Made by a program: the position numbers and the translations under genes
Part shown: one piece after another, positions 1 through 11,475 of the stretch
Numbering within the stretch: position 1 is the first letter of the stretch
How the letters are laid out: each line of letters begins with the position of its first letter
IMG/VR virus record: IMGVR_UViG_3300028797_000094
Location: 38,524 to 102,523 of that record
Length of the DNA stretch: 64,000 nucleotides
Source: a virus
Taxonomy: Duplodnaviria > Heunggongvirae > Uroviricota > Caudoviricetes
Strand: one strand, 5' to 3'
The notes under the pieces: generated by a model
Seen by the model: the letters and a program-made list of their open reading frames with translations, nothing else
Databases searched by the model: none
Told to the model about the DNA's origin: nothing

Positions 1-13
1 GGAGAAAATACAT

Positions 14-2884
14 ATGAAAAAATCTGTAACACAATTTGATTTAAGTGCAGCATTTAAAGCATTAGATGAAATGGAATATCCAAAAGTCGAAGGTGGAATT
101 AGACCAAACAGAGTTGACTTAAAAGAAAATTTTGGTAGTAGAAAATTAAGAACAGATATCTTAGTTGAAGACTATTATGATGTTAATGATAATAATGATT
201 TAGAAGCTGCGGCTGAAGAAAGAGAAGGCGAAGTTGCTAAAGCTAAATTAGCAAGAATCGAAAAGATTGTTGATTTAGATGCTGAATCAGAAGATGATTT
301 ATTAACTTCTTACGAAGGCAAAGTTATTATTCAATGCCCTCAATGTATGACTTTATTCTATAAAGATGAAAAAGATTTAGAAGTTGATGAAAATAATCCA
401 GACGTTGTTAATATTAATGAAACTTGCCAACACTGTGGAAATACTTCAGGTTATATGGTAATTGGTAAAGTTGCTCCAGTTGAAAAAGCTGAATTAGACA
501 ACTTTGATACTGAAGACTTTGAAGAAGAACCAGTAGAAGAAACTGAAGAAGAAGTAGTTGAAGAAGAACCTACTGAAGAAGAAGATTTAGAAGATGTAGA
601 TGCATTAAATCTAGACTTTGATGAAGAAGAACCTGCTGAAGAAGAAGCAAATGAATCTTTAAATAAAGCAGCAATTCAAAAAGAAGTTGATAAGAAACAC
701 TGTGCAGACAATGATTCTAAAAATCTAACTTTAAATGAAAATTTAAATGATGACGATAAAATAGTATTTAAAAATCCAGTTATTGTCAATTTACCTAATG
801 ATAATGTTGGAACAATTGAAGTTGAAGCTGGTGATGAAGAATTAGCTTGACTTGTTAATAAATTAGCAACTGAAAGATATGAAGCAGAAGATGCTGCTAT
901 GGCTGGCTTTGAATACTTTGATGAAATTGCTGAAGAAAAAGGTTTAAGATATAATCAAATTTTTGAAGATGAATTTGAAGAAGGCTTAAAAGAAGATAAA
1001 GGTGAAGCTGCTGCACAAGATGAATTACAAGCTGAACATGAAGCTCCAATTGAAGAAGCTAAAAAAGTTTGTGAAAAATGTGGAAAAGAAATCTGTGAAT
1101 GTGATAAACAAGAATTAAAAGAATCTGAAGTTGAAGATATTATTAAATCAGTTGTTAATTCATGAGATCTAGGTGAAGCTTGTGAAGGCAAAGAATGCGA
1201 AAAACCTTTAAATGAAGAAGGTAATGCAGCTTGAAATGAACTTTCAAATGAACCAAGAGATCGTTATCATGTAATTAATAATGCTTGCAAGGCTGCAAAA
1301 GAAGCTGGTGAAGCTTGCCCATTTGCTGGTGGTAAATGAATCCTTTATGGTGTAGATAAAGCTTATGACCCAGTTGAAACTAAAGAACTTCCTGCTGCTA
1401 CAAAACCTGCAGAAGTTAAGAGAGTTAGAGATGAATTATTAAATAACAATGAAAATATTATTGGTGTTTATGTAAGTAGAATGTATAAAGAAATTGCTAC
1501 TAATAAAGCTGAAGAAGTAGAAATTTATACTTATATGAAATTTAAACCTGGCTTTGAAGATGATGGTGTTGAAGAATCTTTAAAAGAATGCAAAGGTAAA
1601 GATTGTTCAGCTGAAGAAGCAATTAAAAAGATTTTAATGAAAGAATCTTTAAATGAAGGCTTAACTGCTTATATAGATTTATCTGGTAGTTTAGCTGATA
1701 AAGAAGATGAATTAACAGCTAAGGCTAAAGAAGCCGGTGCAACTGATATTATTAAATTTGATAGCTCAACATTTGATGAAGTAATTGAAGGTGCACAAGA
1801 TAAAAAAGTTTTATTAGTTACTAATAATGATGATTATAAAAATAATACAGATTTAATTGGTAATAAAAATGTTAAAATTATTATGCTTGATGAATCTTTA
1901 AATAAAGCAGAAGTTCAAAAAGATGTTGATAAAAAACATTGTGCTGAAAATGACTCTGAAAACTTAACTTTAAATGAAGCTGCTGATGAAGAAGCAATTG
2001 AAGACGAAGTTGCTGAAGAAGAAATTCCTGCTGAAACTGAAGATATAGCTGATGAAGTAGCTGATGAAGAAACTGCTGAAGAAGCAGAAGAAAATACTGA
2101 TGAAGAAGCTTTAAATGAACAACCTGTTGAAACAACTATTGGTGAAATTAAAGAAGTGGCTGAAGAAGTTGCTGAAAAAGTTGCTGAGCCTGTTGAAGAT
2201 GAAGAAGCAGCTGAAGAACAAGCTGAAGAAATTAAAGAAATCGTTAATGAAGTTGTTGAAGATAAATTTGCTGAAGAAGCTGATGATTTAGAAAATGAAG
2301 AAGCTACTGAAGAAGAAGTTCCCGCTGAAGAAGAAGCTGCTGATGAAACAGAGGTTGTTGAAGAACCTGTTGAAGAAGTTGAAGAAGCTTTAACTGAAGA
2401 TAATAATGAAGCTTTATCTGATAAAGAATTTGCTGATTTATTAGCAAGTAAAGAAGCTCAAGAAGCTATTTTTGATGAAAACTTAAGAGAATGTGATCTT
2501 CAAGAAGTACTTGATAATATAGATGATATAGATGAAGAATCTTTTGAAGAAGCATTTACTAAAGCTTTAACTGATGTTTATGAAAATGTTAATAATTATA
2601 AACTTAAAGAATGTACTGTTAAAAATGGTAAATTAGTTGTTGAAGGTTTAATTAATTTTAAATCTAATGCTTCAAGAAATGCTACATGTACATTTGATAA
2701 AGCTCAAATAAGAAAATTAACAAATGAACTTGTTTTAGAAGGTTATAGTAAAGATTTTGCTAAACAAAGTAATTTTAAAGTTTCTTGTAATGTTGAAGAT
2801 AATGGTAAAAATCTTTTTGTAGAAAATCTTAACTATTCTTATAAAATTGGTGAAAATTTAGTTGAAGGATATACTAGAAAGTAA
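14..2884 (+). CDS. Acidic prohead core/scaffold-like or internal head protein, 956 aa (code 4)
   Basis: ORFs 14-850, 899-1165 and 1481-2884 share one frame, joined by in-frame TGA; SD GGAG at 1-4; very Glu-rich; CxxC..CxxC; many L-x-E motifs. Confidence 0.65.
653..739 (+). repeat. 87-bp intragenic repeat, copy 1 (ESLNKAAIQKEVDKKHCADNDSKNLTLNE)
   Basis: Near-identical to 1892-1978. Confidence 0.9.
1892..1978 (+). repeat. 87-bp intragenic repeat, copy 2 (ESLNKAEVQKDVDKKHCAENDSENLTLNE)
   Basis: Near-identical to 653-739. Confidence 0.9.
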
Positions 2885-2886
2885 TT

Positions 2887-2925
2887 AAGATTGGCTGGTC
2901 ATTAAGGCCAACTAATCTTTTTTCT
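2887..2925 (+). terminator. Probable intrinsic terminator
   Basis: AAGATTGG..GGTC/GGCC..CTAATCTT stem plus T tract. Confidence 0.6.
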
Positions 2926-2944
2926 TTAATGGAAAGGAGCTTAT

Positions 2945-3454
2945 ATGTCAGATAGACCTAATGATTATGGATTATTATTAAATAAAGATGCCAAACTTCA
3001 TAGAAGCTATTTTAAACAAATGTGTAAGCTTCTTGGCATTAGAATGCTTTATAGAAGACCACTAGATGGAAAGAACTTCAATCTACATGGTGATTTAGAA
3101 ACAAACTATGCTAAGCCTATTGAAGTAATGGTTATTTTTGAAGAACATCCAGATCAAAAAACTTTAAAGAAACATGGTTGAGTTGCTGAGCTTCAGGAAA
3201 ATTCTAGTATGATTCATGTTCCTTATGATTTAGAAGGTTTACAAGTTGGTTGTTTATTTGATGTTCCAAGTGGACTTGATAATGGACAAAGTAGAAGATT
3301 TAGGGTAATTAGTATGCAAAATATTATGATGTATCCTTCTTCTATCTCTTGTGAAATTGCTCCTGAATATGAAGATACTGATGAACTTTCAACAATTCAT
3401 GATTTCAAAACTACAACTAATAATTTATTAGTAGATTTGGAGGATGATGATTAA
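2945..3454 (+). CDS. Putative head-completion/neck protein, 169 aa (code 4)
   Basis: Two track ORFs joined across TGA 3179-3181; position upstream of tail terminator and sheath. Confidence 0.55.
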
Positions 3455-3455
3455 T

Positions 3456-4526
3456 ATGAATTTTAAACTTCCAGAATATACTTTAAATGAAAAATTTATT
3501 TTGAATGAAGCTGATGGCGATACTATTGCTACACTTTCTACTGGTGAACTTGGTAATCTTTTGTTAAATGACTCAGACTTAAGCTCGAAAAATTGACAAG
3601 CATATTTTGATTATTATTGAAAAGACTATAAAGATGTCTTTGAAAGAATTGGCCCAATTTTTTATAGAGAAGTTATTAAATATGGCTTTGATGAAAATCA
3701 TAATCCATTTATAAAATATTTAAAAACTATTTTAAAAAGCTCAAAAATATCTAATGAAAATATTACATATATAAGATATGGTGCTATTCATAATGCAGTA
3801 CTTGATGACAAATTAGCTTTACGTGATTTAATAGTAGATCCAGCTGAAGGATTTTTTGGAGTAAATAATATTATTTTTACTAATGGTTATTATACTGCTG
3901 CTGAAAAGCAATGTCCAGGTTATCTTGAGCTTCAACATAAAATGGAAGAAACTTTAAAAAAATGAGAAGGTAAACCATTACACGTTAAAGATAAAGGTTA
4001 TTATGTAAGTAAAGAAAATATATTATCTGCTTTTTGTATAGATTATAGCAAAGAAATAATTTTAAAGTCATATATTAGTGCACATAAAACAGAAGACGGA
4101 CTACCAATAGTCAATGTTACAGCTGGAAAATTTTTACCAATACAACAAGCTAGAACAAGTTTTTATCTTTTATGTAACCAAAAGCCAGAAGAAAATGATA
4201 GCAAAGATAATAAACGTATTTACGAAGCAACACCTTTTATTGAAAAATTAAAGACATGTTCAAAGGACTGAAAATGAATTTTTGCTTTTGTTATTACAAC
4301 TGAAGCTAAAAAAGATAAAGCAATTCGTGACACTACTGAGTATAAAAATAATGAAGCAGACTTAAAGAATGCTCTTAACACTTATGGTGAAACTATTAAT
4401 ATAGACCTTTTTATAAATCTTAAAGTTAAAATTGATGAGGTTATGGATAAATTTAATATAACTAATAAAGCAAAAATGATTACAGATTTGCTTAAATATT
4501 TTGAAGCTAATAAAGGTGAACGATAA
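3456..4526 (+). CDS. Hypothetical late protein, 356 aa (code 4; absent from ORF track)
   Basis: Open apart from TGA codons; SD GGAGG; N-terminal TLNE/ILNE motifs. Confidence 0.75.
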
Positions 4527-4843
4527 TGCATTTTTCATTTAAAGTCGCTGAGCCTCAAGATATAACAAAGCTTCAATGAAAATATTATGCACGAAAAAAT
4601 ATCTTATTATATACTATGAGAAGTAATGAACTTCTATTAAATAAATATTTATTACAGACATATAAAATTTCATTGAAACATGCATGCTTAGTATTATTAG
4701 TTGAAAGCAAACAGTCTTTTGATCAAGAAAATAATATGTATATTTATTGAGTAGACAAAAAATATGAACGACTTGCTAAGCTTATTACTTTTGGGACAGG
4801 TAAAGTTCCAGGAAGTAAAATATTACAAAAAGCTTTTAAATAG
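4526..4843 (+). CDS. Hypothetical late protein, 105 aa (code 4)
   Basis: TAATG-coupled to the upstream gene; 2 in-frame TGA. Confidence 0.7.
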
Positions 4844-4855
4844 AAAGGAGAATTT

Positions 4856-5527
4856 ATGGCAATTAGATATTATGATGAAGTATTAGCTTATAAAATTAAA
4901 AAATGAATTCCAGAAAATTCTACTTTAAGAGTTTTAAAACCAGATGAAACTAAAAGACTTTTTGAAACTAAGGCCGATGATTCAAATGACGCTCCAATAA
5001 AATTACCAATAGTTTCTTTATCAAGAAGTAATGATATTGAGCTATTATTAAATATTAAGAATAGTAAATCTTTTGATGGATTAAAATTAAGTAAAGGCAG
5101 TAATGCCCTTCAAATAAACTCTATACCAATTAAATTAAACTATCAATTAGATATCTGAACAAAGGATATGGAAGAAGGCGATGAATATTTAAGAAATTTC
5201 TTATTCAAGCTTATTAATAATCCTGTTATTAAAATTAGTTTTCCATACCAAGGTGTTGATGTTGAACATATTGCAAATATTAGAGTACTTAGTACTATTT
5301 CTGATACAAGTGATGTTGCTGAACATTTATTTCCTGGACAGTTTACAAGATGATCTATTCAATTAGAAATTCAAGATGCATTTTTCTTTAATATTCCTGC
5401 AAGAAAAAAATGAAAAATTATTGATGTTGATGTTGATACAAATGCAGATTTAAGTGTTAATTTAGATATTAGTAAAGATATTTCTACTGAAGGTGATATT
5501 GAAGTTGTATATAAAAAAGAAAATTAA
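4856..5527 (+). CDS. Putative tail terminator/completion protein (gp15-like), 223 aa (code 4)
   Basis: SD AAGGAG; LPIVSLSR and PIKLNYQLDIWT motifs; directly upstream of the sheath. Confidence 0.6.
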
Positions 5528-5544
5528 TAAATTAGCATTAAATA

Positions 5545-5562
5545 TTTGCTAAATTAATTGAA
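5545..5562 (+). promoter_or_regulatory. Class III (late-type) promoter variant
   Basis: TTTGCTAAATTAATTGAA upstream of the sheath gene. Confidence 0.6.
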
Positions 5563-5622
5563 AAATTAATCAATAATTTTAGTTTATTGATATTGTTAAA
5601 TAAATATAAGGAGAAAATAAAT

Positions 5623-7188
5623 ATGCCAAATATTTTAATTAAAGAATATGATTTAACAAAACCTGCTCAAAATGAATATAATAATTTTTCAGTAGTAGTT
5701 CCAGGATTTGTTAAAGCAGATAAATTAGGAAACTTTAATAAAGTTGCTGATGCTAATGGCATTTATGAAGTAGATAATCAAAAAGATTTTATTGCTAATG
5801 TTGGTTGTGTTGAATCTGGATTAACTGGACTTGATCAAGTTCCTGCAGTAGCAGCTAATCCTACTGAGCTATTTGAATTGGATGCACAAGAACAAGTTAT
5901 TCCTTATGAAATTGCTGAAGGCGTAGAAGTTTATTCACGTGCAGTAACAACAAAGCCTGAAGGTCATTTAGTTGCAATTGATCCAGAAGATAATAAAACT
6001 TATGAATATAGTTTAGAATTTGTAAGTGATGGTCATGGAACAGTTACTGAAAAATATTATTACTTCGAAACAGAAGAAGCTGAAGGTAAAGATGCTACAA
6101 CTGAAAGTGCTTATCATTTAGGAAATCAATTAGCATTTGAATTACTAGGCCTTGGATATACAGTTCTTTATAAGAAGATTGAAGAGTTAACAGACCTTGA
6201 AGATTTTGATGAATTCTGAGCACCTTTAAAAGACCGTGCAGTTTATGATTTTAGATATGTAACTACTGGTGATTACAGTGATGCTAATAACTTAGCAGTT
6301 AAAAATATAATTAAATTAGCTAAAAAATTAAATGAAGGCGATAGTGATGGTCGTGGTGATTGCATTGCTTTAATTGATTTACCAGCAGAAGAAACTTATC
6401 AAGGTAAAATTTTAAAAGATGCATTAGAAGCTATGCAAGCTAAAGCTAATGATTATAATGCAGGCGATGGCAGTTTAGGTAAATATACTGCTTACTTTGC
6501 ACCTCATTGGGAAATTAAAGAAGGTTCACAAAATAAGAGAATTTCTGGCAGCTCTACTGAATATACAAATTACAAATTCCCTGCTTGATTATATTATTTA
6601 GCATGTGCTAAGCAAGCTGAAATTAATAACTATGATGAATGGTTTGCTTGTGCAGGATATACTCGCGGTACTAATAATTTATATACAATTGAAAATATTG
6701 ATTATAAGTTTGGTGATGCTGCTGTTGAAGTATTACAAAAACGTGATACAAGTGATGCTCCAAGTATTAACCCATTAATTACTTTAAAAGGCAATCATTA
6801 TATTTGAGGTAATAGAACAGCTTATAAATCAGGTAATGTTGAAGATTTAGTAGCAAGTCATTTCTTAAATATTAGACAATTATGTTGTACATTAAAGAAA
6901 CAAATTTATATAGCTTGTAGAGAATTAACATTTGAACCTAATAGTAATATTTTATGGGTTCGCTTCTGCAACAAATTAAGACCAATTTTAGAAAAGATGA
7001 AATCAAATCAAGGTATTGATGATTATCTATTTGTAAAATTGGTTTCAGAAAAGAAAGCTACTTTAAAAGCTTTAATTAGAATTGTTCCAATTGAAGCAGT
7101 TGAAGATTTTGATATTTCTGTTACATTAGAAGACTCATTAGAAGGAACATTAGTTACTTTCGGTGAAGTTGATTCACAAAATGAGTAA
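5623..7188 (+). CDS. Tail sheath protein, 521 aa (code 4)
   Basis: WFACAGYTRG and YIWGNRT (W = TGA 6805-6807) sheath motifs; FLNIRQL; FEPNSNILW. Confidence 0.9.
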
Positions 7189-7216
7189 GAATAGGAATAT
7201 AGAGAGGAGATAAACT

Positions 7217-7816
7217 ATGGTAAATAATGATTATGATGTTAGTTTAAGTGCACAACACATTGCTGCTAATCTTGAAAAGTATGAAGCAGCTCGTACAGGT
7301 TTCTTTGTATTCTTAGTTAATGAAGCTTTAAATGAAAAAATTCGTGATAAGATTATCAATACATTCGGACGTACTGCAGAACTTCTTGCAAATGCTTCAG
7401 AAGCAATTAAATTAAATGTTGTTAAAGCATCTGTTCCAAGTTTCAAAGTTAATGTTTTAGAATACACTCGTGGTAATGAAAAGATTAAATTTGCTGGTAC
7501 TCCTGAATGAGGAGATGGCAGTATTACAGTTGATGATGTTGTTGGTTTAGATACTAAAGCTATTCTTCTTGGTTGAAAAGAATTAGCTTATGATACTAAA
7601 ACAAGAAAAGGTGGTCGTATGAAAGATTATAAATATGACTGCACATTAATTGAATACACTCAAGATTATGAACCATTAAGAACATGAACTTTATATGGAT
7701 GTTGAGTATCAGAAGTTTCTGATGAAGACTTCGATAAAGAAAATGATGGTAAACGTCAATTAACTGCTACTATTCAATACGATAGAGCAGAAATGATTGA
7801 TCAAATCGGTTTATAA
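7217..7816 (+). CDS. Tail tube protein (T4 gp19-like), 199 aa (code 4)
   Basis: KFAGTPEWGDGSITV, RTWTLYGCWVSEV, TATIQYD; four TGA at typical Trp positions. Confidence 0.9.
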
Positions 7817-7830
7817 AAATAAAAATAATT

Positions 7831-7856
7831 AGCAGTTTTAATACTGCTTTTTATTT
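7831..7856 (+). terminator. Intrinsic terminator
   Basis: AGCAGT-TTTAAT-ACTGCT plus T tract. Confidence 0.65.
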
Positions 7857-7892
7857 TACTCAAAAATAAATTTAATAAATCTATTTTTTAAA

Positions 7893-7910
7893 TTCGCTAA
7901 ATTATATGAT
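7893..7910 (+). promoter_or_regulatory. Class III (late-type) promoter
   Basis: TTCGCTAAATTATATGAT. Confidence 0.7.
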
Positions 7911-7934
7911 AAATCTCATGAAAGGAATAATAAT

Positions 7935-8102
7935 ATGGGACGAAAAAAAGTTGATAGAAGTGACAAAATTATGCAGAGTTTTGAAATCACTAAACCTTTG
8001 AAAGAACGTTTAATAAAGCTTGCAAAGAAGAAAAAAATAACTGTGTCTGCACTTATTAGAGAAATGCTTGAAAAAGTATTTGAAGATCGAGATTATATTT
8101 AA
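7935..8102 (+). CDS. Ribbon-helix-helix (CopG-like) DNA-binding protein, 55 aa (absent from track)
   Basis: QSFEITKPLKERLIKLAKKKKITVSALIREMLE fits the RHH pattern; SD AAAGGA. Confidence 0.7.
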   Translation: MGRKKVDRSDKIMQSFEITKPLKERLIKLAKKKKITVSALIREMLEKVFEDRDYI

Positions 8103-8120
8103 TGAAAGGAAAATTTTAAA

Positions 8121-8891
8121 ATGGAAGAAAGACAAACTAATTACACAGTAGCTGAAGGTTACGAATTACCTTCTAAAGGATTAATTTATGGCGACAAAAA
8201 TGTTAGCTCACATGTTGAGTTAAGAAGCATGACCGCAAAAGATGAGATGAAAAGACTAAATCCATCTTCAACACCTTTTAAAAATCTTGCAGATATTATT
8301 GAAGGCTGTATGATTGAAAAGCCGGCTATTCATGTTTATGATATGGCACTTGGTGACTATGAATATTTATTACATAGATTAAGAGTTGTTACATACGGTC
8401 CAAATTATAAAACAGCAGTAACATGTCCTTATTGTGGTACAACCACAGAAACAATATGCTCACTAGATGATTTAGAAGTAAAGGAATTTGATTTTGATAA
8501 ATTTGAAGAATTAAGAACTTTTACTTTACCAAATTGCGGAAGAACTATTACTATTAGATTTCAAACTCCACATATTATGGATGAGATTGATGCAAAAACA
8601 AAAGAAATGAAAAGAAAATATAAAGATGCAACAACTGATTTTCATGATTTAATTTTATTAACTTATATGATTGAAGCAGTTGATGGCGAACCAAAACAAA
8701 AATCTGAATTAGAAGGCTTTATTAACAAGCTTCCTGGAGCAGATTTTATGAAAATTATAAATAATATTAATAGATTAAATAATTGTATTGGTATTAAAAA
8801 TGAATTTTATGTAACTTGCGATGAATGTGAAAGCGAGATTAAGACATTTTTTCGTTTTGGACAAGAATTTTTTAGACCGTCAAACATCTAG
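8121..8891 (+). CDS. Baseplate hub assembly/tail chaperone (T4 gp26-like)
   Basis: LPSKG..Y, LRSMTAKDE, LRVVTYG, TCPYC, CDEC; follows the tail tube. Confidence 0.7.
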   Translation: MEERQTNYTVAEGYELPSKGLIYGDKNVSSHVELRSMTAKDEMKRLNPSSTPFKNLADIIEGCMIEKPAIHVYDMALGDYEYLLHRLRVVTYGPNYKTAVTCPYCGTTTETICSLDDLEVKEFDFDKFEELRTFTLPNCGRTITIRFQTPHIMDEIDAKTKEMKRKYKDATTDFHDLILLTYMIEAVDGEPKQKSELEGFINKLPGADFMKIINNINRLNNCIGIKNEFYVTCDECESEIKTFFRFGQEFFRPSNI

Positions 8892-9105
8892 TGATGGAAC
8901 ACCTTATGGTCCAAAAAGATTTAAAGAAATAGTAAAAGAATGTTGATATATTAGTGATAACTTACATACAAGTTATACTGATGTGTTAGATATGTCTTTT
9001 CAAGAACGAGTTTATTTAATTGAGCTCATAAATGAAAAGCAAGAAAATACTAAGAAGGCTATTGAAGAGGCCTCACAGAAAGCAAAAAGTAAAGGAAAAT
9101 CTTAG
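8821..9105 (+). CDS. Small baseplate assembly protein (gp51-like), +1-frame overlap with 8121-8891 (code 4)
   Basis: ECWYISDNLHTSYTDVLDMSFQERVYLIELI pattern; ATG 8821 has no SD, so the start is uncertain. Confidence 0.55.
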
Positions 9106-9124
9106 TAAATAAAGGAGCCTTATT

Positions 9125-11461
9125 ATGGCAGATGAATATATAGAACTTAATTTTAGCGAAGATATTGAAAAACGCTTTAATGAGTTAAGTGCTGATTTTA
9201 ATAAAATTCAGACTATGCAAACAAAAGCTGAAGCAGAATTACAGAGCTATAAACTTAATAATCTTCAAAAATATTATGACGAAATTGTTAATAACCTTAA
9301 TAAAGTTGAAAAGGAAAATATTGACAGAGAAAATCGTCTTAAAGCAGCTAGACAAGGTGCTTTAGCCGAGAATGAAAAAGCTCAAAAAGATTCAATAAAA
9401 AGGCTTTTAAATTTTGCAGAAACGCATAAATCAGACTTATCTTTTACCTTTACTGAAGAAGAATTAGAAGAAGCTATTAATAATGAGACAAAACTCGCAG
9501 AATTAAAAGCTAAGTTAGACAATAAAGCAGCTGAAGACGCTTTTCAAAAAGCAATTGATAATATTCATGCTTTACAAGATGAAAAAGAAAAAGTTGCAAA
9601 TAAAGCTGAGAAACAAGAGCAAAAAAAATTAGCAAAAGAACGTAAAGAAAAAGTTAAACAACAAGCAGAAGATGCAAAGAAACTTTTAAAAAGCGGTGAT
9701 ATTGTCGGTGCTCTTGCAGCAGCTAAAAAATGATTAAATCCTTATACTGCCAAAGATTTTACAGATGAAAATGGTGCTTCTATTGTAACTAAGAAAAATG
9801 GTGAAGTAGTAGATGCTGAAACAGTTGCAAAAAGAGCTAATACATTAAATGCAATATCTGAAATATCTAGTGGACTTGCAAACCTTGCTTTAAGACTAGA
9901 TAAACAAGTTGACGAAATTGCTGGATATAAGAGCTTCTTTGATACTCGTTTACAAGGTTCTCGTATAAATGATACTTTTATGGGTTCTTATTGGCAACGT
10001 ATGTCATTAGATATTGCTGGTAGTGCTGGTGTCTCACCTCTTATTAGACAAGAAACTGTAGTAAAGAATTTACAAACTATGGTTGATAAAGGTATTTCTT
10101 TCAATGTTGAACAAAGAGCTTTCTTAGAAACATTGAAAGAAAAAATTGCCACTACATTTGATGCTAATAATGGAACACTATTAAGATTAGTTCGTATACA
10201 ACAAGCTGATTCTACTGCTGCTCGTTTAGGTATGGAATCAATGATGACTACATTCCTAAATGGTATGTTTGAAAATACAGAATATTTGAAGGATGTTGCA
10301 ACAAGTGTTAAATCAAGCTTAGAAGAATCTATGGCAATGATGAGTGCTGTTGATGCTGTTGGATTTGAATATCAAGTTCAAAAATGAATGGGCTCATTAT
10401 ATTCTGTAGGTATGAGTCAACAATCTGTTCAAAGCATTGCTGATGCATTTGGTAAATTAGCTGCTGGTGATATTTCTGCTTTAGGTTCTGATGGTGCTGG
10501 AAACTTAATTGTTATGGCAGCAAATAAAGCAAACTTATCTATTGCAGATATGTTAGCAAGCGGTTTAGACGAATCTGATACTAATAGATTACTTGGTGCT
10601 GTTATTGATTACTTAGGAGAAATTTCTGAACAAACTGCTGATAGCCATGTAGTTAGACAACAAATGGCAAAAGTATTTGGTATGAAAGGTTCTGACTTAG
10701 TTGCGGCAACAAATTTAATGAGCAGTAGAAATACTATTTATAATAGTAGCTCTAATTATAGTAGATCAATGCAACAATTGTATAATATGGCGGGTTCTAT
10801 GGCTTCAAGAACAAGTACTGGTGAGCTAATGAAAAATATGTGGGATAATTTTAATTATACAACAGCATCAGGTATTGCATCAAATCCAGCTACATATAGT
10901 ATATTTAAAATTGGTAAATTATTAAAAGATACTGTTGGTGGCATTGAGTTTGGTATTCCATTAGTCATGGGTAGTGGTCTTGCACAAACATTTAATGTTG
11001 CAGATTTAATGCTAACTGGTGCACTTAGTGGTGGCTTACTTGCTGGTCTTGGTTCAATGATAGCCGGTGGCGGTGGTGGTGGTCTTACTGGTAAAGGAAT
11101 GCTTAAGTCATTAGGTATTAACCAAAATTCTATTACAACACTTTCACGTGGTAATTTTGCAGGAACTGGTGGAATTACAAGTGGTATGACTGTATCTGAA
11201 TCTGGTATGGTTGGTAATGCTTCAAGTGAAGATATTGTTGGTTCAACTATGTCTAGTACTACTAGTGAACAACAAGCAAGAGTAGAAGCAGCTGAAGCTG
11301 ATCATCAAGAAGTAACACTTTCAGATGTAAATGAAAATGTGGTTAAAATTGCAACATTATTAGAAAAACTTAGTGATGACACTTCATTACATGTACATGT
11401 AGATAATATATCAGAAAGTACATTTTCACGCCCAGAAAATGTATTAGGTAGTACATTATAA
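9125..11461 (+). CDS. Putative tape measure protein, 778 aa (code 4)
   Basis: Three track ORFs joined across TGA; coiled-coil N-terminus, Ala/Gly-rich C-terminus; canonical position. Confidence 0.7.
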
Positions 11462-11475
11462 AAAGGAGTTAAAAT

